Positions 55,335 through 64,000 of a stretch of DNA of 64,000 nucleotides are shown piece after piece; the stretch's first letter is position 1, and each line of letters begins with the position of its first letter. The notes below the pieces were generated by a model. It saw nothing but the letters and a program-made list of their open reading frames with translations, was not told where the DNA came from and did not search any database. Source of the DNA: Tubulanus polymorphus (taxonomy: Eukaryota; Animalia; Nemertea); contig NC_134028.1 in NCBI RefSeq assembly GCF_964204645.1, forward strand, positions 16,933,653 through 16,997,652, given 5' to 3'. The position numbers and the translations under genes were made by a program.

Positions 55335-57240
55335 TCAATGTCGGTCGACGTCGGTCCTCGCGTTGAGAACGGACAACAGTGCTTAATTCAGTGAACTCCC
55401 TACACAAACGTTATCGGTCGTTGTCGGCCCTCGTGTTGAAGACACTAGACTCGTCTTTCCCACGCGAACAATGTCGAGAGACGTCGGTTCCCGCGTTGAG
55501 AACCGAACGGCGGCGTTCTCTTAAGCGAACGTGAACGGTAGACACGTCTCTCTCGCACAAACGATGTCAAGCGATGTCGGTTCTCTCGTTGAGGAACGAA
55601 CAGTAACGCGCCCTTAGCGAGCTTCTCGCACGATCGATCTCGGTCCTCCCGTTGAGGAACGAACAGCGGCGTCTCCTTAACGAGCTTCTCGTACGATCGA
55701 TCTCGGTCCTCCCGTTGAGGAACGAACAGCGGCGTCTCCCTAGCAAGCCTTTTGCACGATCGAAGTCGATCCTCTCGTTGAGGATCGAACAGCGGCGACT
55801 CCTTAGCGAGCTTCTCGTACGATCAATTTGGAGACATCGGTCAACATCGGTCCTCTCGTTGAGGGTCGAACAGCAGCGCGCCATTAGCGAGCATCTCGCA
55901 CGATCCATGTCGGTCCTCCCGTTGAGGATCGAACAGCGGCGTCTCCTTAACGAGCTTCTCGCACGATCGATGTCGGTCCTCCCGTTGAGGATCGAACAGC
56001 GGCGTCTCTTTAGCGAGCCTTTCGCACGATCGATGTCGGTCCTCCCGTTGAGGATCGAACAGCGGCGTCTCCTTAGCGAGCTTCTCGCACGATCAATTTG
56101 GAGCAACGTCGGTCCTCCTGTTGAGGAACGAACAGCAGCGCGCCCTTAGCGAGCTTCTCGCACGATCAATTTGGAGCAACGTCGGTCCTCCTGTTGAGGA
56201 ACGAACAGCAGCGCGCCCTTAGCGAGCTTCTCGTACGATCGATCTCGGTCCTCCCGTTGAGGAACGAACAGCGGCGTCTCCTTAACAAGCTTCTCGCACG
56301 ATCGATCTCGGTCTTCCCGTTGAGGAACGAACAGCGGCGTCTCCCTAGCAAGCCTTTTGCACGATCAAAGTCGAGCGAAGTCAGTCCTCTCATTGAGGAT
56401 CGAACAGCGGCGACTCCTTAGCGAGCTTCTCGCACGATCAATTTGGAGCAACATCGGTCCTCTCATTGAGGGTCCAACAGCAGCGCGCCATTGGCGAGCA
56501 TCTCGCACGATCGATGTCGGTCCTCCCGTTGAGGATCGAACAGCTGCGTCTCCTTAACGAGCTTCTCGCACGATCGATGTCGGTCCTCCCGTTGAGGATC
56601 GAACAGCGGCGTCTCTTAAGCGAGCCTTTCGCACGATCGATGTCGGTCCTCCCGTTGAGGATCGAACAGCGGCGTCTCCTTAGCGAGCTTCTCGCACGAT
56701 CAATTTGGAGCAACGTCGATCCTCCCGTTGAGGAACGAACAGCAGCGCGCCCTTAGCGAGCTTCTCGCACGACCGATGTCGAGCGATGTCGGTCCTCTCG
56801 TTGAGGGTCGAACAGCAGCGCCCCTTAGCGAGCTTCTCGCACGATCGATGTCGATCCTCTCGTTGAGGGTCGAACAGCAGCGCCCCCTTAGCGAGCTTCT
56901 CGCACGATTGATGTCGAGCGATGTCGGTCCTCTCGTTGAGGAACGAACAGTAGCGCGCCCTTAGCGAGCTTCTCGCACGATCGATGTCGATCCTCTCGTT
57001 GAGGGTCGAACAGCAGCGCCCCCTTAGCGAGCTTCTCGCACGATTGATGTCGAGCGATGTCGGTCCTCTCGTTGAGGGTCGAACAGCAGCGCGCCCTTAG
57101 CGAGCTTCTCGCACGACCGATGTCGAGTGATGTCGATCCTCTCGTTGAGGGTCGAACAGCAGCGCGCCCTTAGCGAGCTTCTCGCACGACCGATGTCGAG
57201 GGATGTCGGTCCTCTCGTTGAGGAACGAACAGTAGCGACT
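55335..57240. repeat. GC-rich tandem array of 63/73-bp double-hairpin units (~25 plus 3 degenerate)
   Basis: Unit TCGGTCCTCCCGTTGAGGATCGAACAGCGGCGTCTCCTTAGCGAGCTTCTCGCACGATCGATG, with an optional 10-nt linker and a ~607-bp higher-order duplication. Confidence 0.95.
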
Positions 57241-57873
57241 ACTTCAGCGGACGCGTACGGTGGACACGCCAGCACACTCCGCCTAGGAAGACTCCAACCC
57301 CTGCTCCTGAGAACTAGAGATTAAAATAAAAAGCATAGACTGATAGAATATGCCAGTAGTTTTATTACGACTCCCCTCTGCCTGCGGACTACCACCCGGA
57401 CCCAAGATGGCAGCACCATCCAATACCCGACTGTACAAGTTAAACTACCTACCACATAAACACTCAGCCGTATACGACACGTTACTTGATCTTGGTCTTA
57501 TATTTTCCAACTAATCCTTAGTTATGCCATCCAATATAAGCCTAAAAGTTCCACCATAGACCTAGGCCTATCTCTTCACAATCACACCCCCAAGATAAAT
57601 TGGCTGTGACTGTGTAGGACTACCGATGCCGACCTGATTACACCTGCGGTAGGCCTAAAAGCCTGAATTAAAATATCATGCCAAAACGAAATCAAGAGTA
57701 AAAGTCGCCCCAAATATGTCCGGTTTGTTTAGGCCTACTACGGTCCATGGGTGTATTGTTCGGCAACTGTTCAGTGACATAGAATTGGCCTACTGAATTG
57801 AATTATTCAAAGAACATTCAATGAATCTATTGTTAACGTTAGGCTAGTTAACGATAGCCTAACCTGTCAGTGG

Positions 57874-58006
57874 TTCTTCTTCTTCTTCTTCCGATATCTG
57901 TCAACATCAACTGGTTGATGAAACACAGTGTATAGGTGTGCGCAAATAAATATATACAGACATTACTAATAAATTTAGTATTAATATAATAATAATGATA
58001 ATAATG

Positions 58007-58073
<67 letters not shown>

Positions 58074-59010
58074 GAGTTTTTAAGCTAAGCGGTGTGGGAG
58101 AGAAGAGTCTTAAAGGCTTCGATACTCTCCGCTGACACAGTATCTGCAGGTAGAGCGTTCCAATCCATAACTGTTCTGGTATAGAAGGATTGTCGTTTGA
58201 TTTCAGTACGGGAGAACTTGACTTGGAAAGCTTTCGAGTGCGATTCTCTAGTTTTACGGACAGGTGGAACCAGGCGTGTGCTCGTATCAACCAAAGTTTG
58301 TTCGTTGGCGAGTTTATACAATAGTGTGAGTCTGGCCTGTCTTCTTCTTTCCTGTAGCGATTGCCATTGTAGGTGGGACAACATATCTGTTACACTGGAT
58401 CTATTGTGGTGACGATTTGTGACATATCTTGCAGCTCGATGTTGGATCATCTCCAATCGGTGTATGTCAGTCTGGAGATATGGGTCCCAGACACTGCTCG
58501 CATATTCTACAATGGGTCTAACCAGTGATCTGTAAGCTGTGTCCTTCACATGTATCGAGTTTATGTTAACATTCCTTTTCAGAAATCCAATCGTTCGATT
58601 TGCCTTTTTGCAGAGTTCTTCAATATGAGGTGTCCATTTTAAATTGTTGGTGATGGTTACACCTAGGTACTTTGCTGTCTGTACATGTGATAGGATATGA
58701 CCTCGGAGCTTATAGGTGTATTTGTAGGGACGTCCTCTTGTGATACTGAGGACATGGCACTTGTCTGTGTTGAATTCCATGTTCCATTTAGTTTCCCATT
58801 CAGTGAGGAGATCGAGGTCGTGTTGCAGCACTTCTGCGTGTTTCTGTGAAGAGACAACTAGGTACGCAATGGTGTCATCAGCAAAAAGTCGTATTTTAGA
58901 TGTTATATTCAGCGGTATGTCATTTATGTAGAAGAGGAATGGACTTGGGCCTAAAACCGATCCTTGTGGAACTCCTGATTCAACATCCACTGTTTCACTG
59001 GTTTAGTTTC
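57874..59010 (-). mobile_element. 5'-truncated CR1/L2-group LINE (301-aa RT C-terminal ORF 58085-58990)
   Basis: Motifs SGVPQGSVLGP, LFADDT, KYLGV, LVRPIVEYASSVWDP and WNALP. The 3' UTR contains (ATT)n at 57985-58072 and the stem-loop CATCAACCAGTTGATG, with a (GAA)n tail at 57874-57891. Confidence 0.92.
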
Positions 59011-59409
59011 ACGATCGGATATTTTCACAAACCACACGTTGGTATAAGCCCATCCGAATATAAAAAGCTTACCACCGACGATTAGGTAACTAACTCAGTT
59101 GATACGAGCAAAAAGATTTCATTTATCAATAGTACTTACCCAACAAGCCGTGCATAAACGCTAAACATAATTCCGAATCGAAACAACGATAATGGCCGCC
59201 ACGTTGATGTGTTCCTTGAATCTGATTGGTCGAGTCATACGAATCAATCTGATTGGTCGATAGATATATATCAAATCTGATTGGTCGAATCATACATAAC
59301 GTTTCCGGAGTTCACCACCAGAGGGGTGTTGTGTCGCTACTCAACGACCCATCGACCCTAACCACATCAGCTAAATAATTGGGGCCAAAATTATTGGGTC
59401 CTAGTCCCA

Positions 59410-59603
<194 letters not shown>

Positions 59604-59613
59604 ATATTTACAG

Positions 59614-62600
59614 TTCCCTGGAAGCTTTAAAAGGACAAAACACAACAGACATTTGTTTGTCAAAACTACATGTTTGATGCATAGGCACTATACCACAAGA
59701 TCAATATAAATTCAAGACCCGGTAAAAGGCGCCGTTTCACTTTAGCTCCAGCGAAAATAGATGAATTTCTGTAAGTATAATTATGTTATATATTTGTATT
59801 CTAAAAAGGTTTTCTTTTCATTCACTTGTTTATCTTCATGATTTTAGATTAACTGCTGAAAAACCAATGTCATCTGTAGACGATGAGCAATTTGTATCAA
59901 CGACTTTACAGACATTGACTTTGAAGGACCGCATTCTTATCACAGCAGCTAATAATCTAATTCCAATTGGATTTGTTAGCCGAAGAGATATATTTTTAAT
60001 TGATATTTTAAGAAAAAATGACATTGAATTAAGTATTGATGACCTTCGTGCCGTTATCACCAAAGATGTCAGTGATTTCCCACAATTTGATGTTTTACGA
60101 AGTTCGTACTTCCCGATGTTAAAGGCGTTATCACTAGAAAGGTCACAGTTATCTAAAATTCCTAGGTAAATATTTCTAAAGCATAACATTTCATTTAAAA
60201 AAGGTTTATGTTTTTTTACGAAACAAATATTATTTTGATTGTCGATCATTATCATTTCAGCACCCCCTTGTAGTCACTGTGTTCTGTGCAGAAAAGAACT
60301 GACCTGTCATCATCAGCCCACAAATGTTATGGCCTTTACGGTAGATGGCCCATTACCAGCCACAAAAATTAGCCTTAGATGCAGAACGTGTGATGAAATG
60401 GATGGTCAAACGGTGTATTACCACTATGATCAGTTTGGAACTACAGCAGACGGTAATTAGACTGCATTATATAAGTCTGACTCAGAATTTAACCTGTATA
60501 TGATATTTTATGCATGTGTAACCCTCTTAATTTCAGGTTATAGGTACTATGATGATGCAAGATCCCTCATCAAGGCTAGGAACTGGGTATACATAGAACG
60601 CAATCTTCATCGCAGATTTTTCTCGCATAGGCAAGTGAAAATTGATTGTTAAAAAATCAACATAATATACCTGTATGTTTATACTAACTTAATATTCTAG
60701 ATATGTTTCATAACATTTATTTTACAGTCATCATTTATGGGTGTTATTTGAGGGATTTGCAGAATCGTACAATGAATATGTAGAGGATGAAGCCTGGAGT
60801 AAATTTGCATTCGAATTCTTTGAGCGATTCCCTTTTAGAGAATCTGAAAAAATGAAGGATGTGGATGGTAAATTTCCATAAACTTTTCTATCCCTAAAAA
60901 TATAGTACAAAGATTTTAAGTTATATTTTAATTCATTCTTACAGGGATATGCCATTTATTGCATCGGAAGTCAGTAGCAGAGGCATATTGGAACTATGAA
61001 ACAGAAATGGAACTCCGTGAAACAGGAGATCTTTCTACCCATAAATTCAAGATTGCTGGTGACCGAGAAAAGTTGATGGTAGAAATCGACATGAAACGGG
61101 CTTCATCGACCTATTATCATGAAAATTGTTTTGACGAATGTAAAAGCAGAGGTAATATTTTTGTTAATTCCATTGATTTCTTTGAAACTCGGGTAAATCG
61201 ATGTAAGTATGGTGGATACAATGACTTTCAGGCTGTGGTCGCCTTTGGACATTCGATGGACTATGGAAATTGGTGTACCCAATTTGTATGTTCAAAGTTC
61301 CCCTGGAAGTCCCAGGATTACCGAGCATCAACTACCCGAAAGTCTGCACCAATTCACCGGACTTTGCAAAGGCTTTCTGCAGAGAACACTGTGAAGTAGC
61401 ACAACAGCAAAATATACCAACTGATCTGCGAGAAGTACTGTAATGCAGATAAAGGTTAGTTAGACAGATGATACTTTTGATTTTGAAGGAAATATGTTAG
61501 AAAAGGAGTAATCTTTTGTTTTGAAATGATCTATTTCAGGTCAAGTATATAGTGAGAATGCTAGGATAAGTAAGGTTGATAAGGTGTTAGAAAAGCTGGG
61601 ATCCGGAAGACCTTCAACCAAAGCAGCTGCAAGTCAAGGTACTGACAGGAATGACAGCCAGTATCTTAGAAAAAATTTGTTGCAGTTTTTACATATTTTG
61701 CTTGATTGTGTAGGTACTCTAGATATCATTCAAAACATCCCTCCATACTAGAAGATTGTGTTGAAGATGGCGTAAAAACAAGCTGCAACAAGGACACAGG
61801 AGAGAAAGCAAGGTTACAAAAGTGGACATGAGGTCATCTCTTTATAATTCGAGGTGGAGGCCACATTGACATGTGGCAACCTTTATACAAGTAAAATTAT
61901 TCAATATACTGAATGAATCTATGAATTAAAATATTGATGGTGGATGGATCAGTTAATGGTAATTTTATATTTATCTATTTTAGTTCTGAAGGCCCATCAC
62001 AAGTGGCTTTAATTATCATCACATGGATGTTGGCAACGATATCAAGTTTAGGGAGACGAGTTTGGAGAACTTTGTTTGTTGCTTATGACAACATGTGTCA
62101 TCTTGATCCGATAAGAGCCTTGCGATGCTTGCCATTTGGTGACAAAAGAAAGCACATGTGGAATGACATGAACAAGGTTATTGATGAACTACATATAAAA
62201 GTAAGTAGATATTACAATACTCCAACAGTCATTTGAATTAAATAGCAATTTAGTTAAACAATATTTCTAAAAACATCCAAGTTAAACAGTTCATTGTACC
62301 CGACTCGCGTGGAGTCTACTGTGGAAAGATGTTCAGTCCCAAAAAAAATTATTTAAATATTCTATTCAACTTTCAGAATCACAAAACTGCCTCATGCAAG
62401 GAAATTTATGGTACAGCCAAATTAAGAAAAGAAATACCTTTGGCAAATACTATGAGCTGCGAGCAGACTTTTGTTTGGCTCGGACGATTCAAAAAAATAC
62501 TCTGCGCGATGCCAAAAGTACATCACCACTTTTTTCTACATCGGCTGATAAAGCGCAGGAATTCATATAACGAGAGGTGCTACAAAGCAGTCAGAAAACC

Positions 62601-62628
62601 ACTGTTACCAAGTTCCAAAAAAAATTAA
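59614..62628 (+). pseudogene. Multi-exon KDZ transposase (CxC5/CxC6-like cysteine clusters plus KDZ catalytic domain)
   Basis: About 11 short exons with AG acceptors and mostly GT donors (e.g. 59848-60165, 60261-60452, 60537-60630, 60728-60867, 60945-61151, 61232-61453, 61984-62200, 62377-62628). Motifs CSHCVLC..LRCRTC, FDGLWK..C, CTNSP..FCREHC, SEGPSQV, AYDNMCHL, VIDELHIK|NHK...C and NTMSCEQTFVWLGRFK..HHFFLH. In-frame stop (TGGACATGA ~61829) and frameshifts. Confidence 0.85.
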
Positions 62629-63739
62629 TGAAATTCATGATCAAGAGTATATTCAATTGGGCTTAATTCAACTGTATAGCCATAATTCATTAGAATGCAC
62701 GTTTGTTATAATAAACACTAGGTATAGAACCTACCATAATATGTTCAAAAATAAAAAAAACATCATTTGAAATTTTAAAACGTCTCTTGATTTTGTTTGT
62801 AGTGGCTTTATTATGTTATCGCATTTCGAAATTTGATCTACTTACAATTGGATTGATGCAGATGCTTGAATATGGATATTGTCTAGACAGTTTGTTTTTT
62901 CTTTGAGATGTCATGTTATCTCGCCATAATTAGTGATTTCTGATTGGTACTAAGTGTTACCCACATTACAAAATTTGACCAAGTTAAATTTTGACCAAGA
63001 TATCAATTTGGTTAAATAAACAATTGTGATTGATGCAGATGCTTGAATAAGGATATTGTCTACACAGTTTGTTTCATTTTAGAAATTTCATGTTATATCG
63101 CCATAATTAGTGATTTCTGATTGGTGCTAAGTGCTAACCACTAATTAATTGGTCTTGCACCTGGTTCATTATCCCAATATGCAATCCCAAATGTAAGGTT
63201 TAAGTTGGGTATAAACGAGTGAATTTGTCAGCATTACAAACATACAACCTGCAAACACCGAACATGAAGTACCTATACGAATCGGATAACGCTCTCTACC
63301 TGAAAAATGGAAAAAGCAGTCTGCAGCTGACAAATCTTACGTTCGAAGTGTACGCTACTGCACAGGGGAAAATAACTTCCACCAATGGATTCATATTTGA
63401 AATCACACGAGATGATAAAGTCAAAAGGTAAGTTGATACACTTATTTTACGTATATAATTCTAAGCGGGTTTTTTATCATTAATATCAGATATAGTTAAT
63501 TTAATCAAAATTATGAAATATATGAATTAAAATTGACTATCTAGGTTAGTATCGATCCAACATTTTAATCAAAATTATGAAAAATATAAAAATATGAATT
63601 GAAATTGCTCTGACTTGAATTTTTTTAGAAATTTAAAATTTTCCTTTGAGCTTGGATTGCATAGATTAAATCAATATGAAAGTATACCTTAAATGAAATC
63701 CATCCTGGCGATATTAAATTCTCAAATGAATTCTTAGAG

Positions 63740-64000
63740 TTGATAGAAATAATGGAAATAATGGACTTGAACAATATACCAATTGGTTATAATTTTTCTC
63801 TGCTCCATGTAAATATGAGGAGTTGTAACAAAAATTTTGAGCATTTTTACACCGCTTACAAATCTTTCAATTGTAAGTTTGATATTATTGGCTTTGGCGA
63901 AACATGGAACTCCGATTTAGAAGATAATTCATGTATGATATTCATGGTTTTACAAGTAAATTCCTAAGTAGAAAGTGCAAAGGAGGTGGAGGCGTTGCTC
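63740..64000 (+). mobile_element. LINE ORF2 start: AP-like endonuclease, frameshifted, running off the window
   Basis: FSLLHVNMRS...FDIIGFGETW, then R..KGGGGVA at the window edge. Confidence 0.8.

Noticed and set aside
55335-57240. CRISPR-like array, or Arg-rich protamine-like ORFs
   Set aside because: There are no unique spacers and no cas genes, and the context is eukaryotic. ORFs are open on both strands only because the 63-nt unit lacks stops in some frames, and the 73-nt units shift the frame.
55570-57240. Tandem hammerhead ribozymes on the minus strand (CTAAGGAG..CGAT)
   Set aside because: The core deviates from CUGANGA and lacks GAAA and a correctly placed NUH cleavage triplet.
63219-63431. 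Possible LINE ORF1 C-terminus
   Set aside because: Its position upstream of the endonuclease fits, but no diagnostic motif was recognisable.

Overview
AT-rich, intron-containing, CpG-depleted eukaryotic (metazoan, probably marine invertebrate; species not determinable) DNA with no recognisable intact host gene. It is almost entirely nested mobile DNA: two LINE remnants plus a third entering at the right edge, a Gypsy element split by a Sola2 DNA transposon (4-bp TSD), a BEL/Pao element with a scrambled 3' end, two KDZ-type transposase pseudogenes, a Harbinger MITE, Helentron-like (HINE) repeats, and an EnSpm/CMC-like element. That EnSpm-like element contains a P/Galileo-like foldback, which contains a 2.9-kb solo-LTR-like insert, and part of the nest has been amplified into four near-identical 2.6-4.0 kb tandem copies. 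Five (TA)n arrays sit at element junctions. The most interesting signal is a candidate giant (TA)n-flanked element family seen twice: a right end at 1-7675 and a ~30-kb copy at 29249-59414. The evidence is related inverted termini abutting (TA)n, a shared CCAAT-box right end, a recurring ATTGGGTC motif, and minus-strand remnants of a SET-domain exon (copy 1) and a Myb-like last exon (copy 2). Other notable features are the structured, apparently spliced 2.9-kb LTR and a 63/73-bp double-hairpin array behind a tRNA-like head. All alignments and family assignments were made by eye and from recalled motifs, with no database search.
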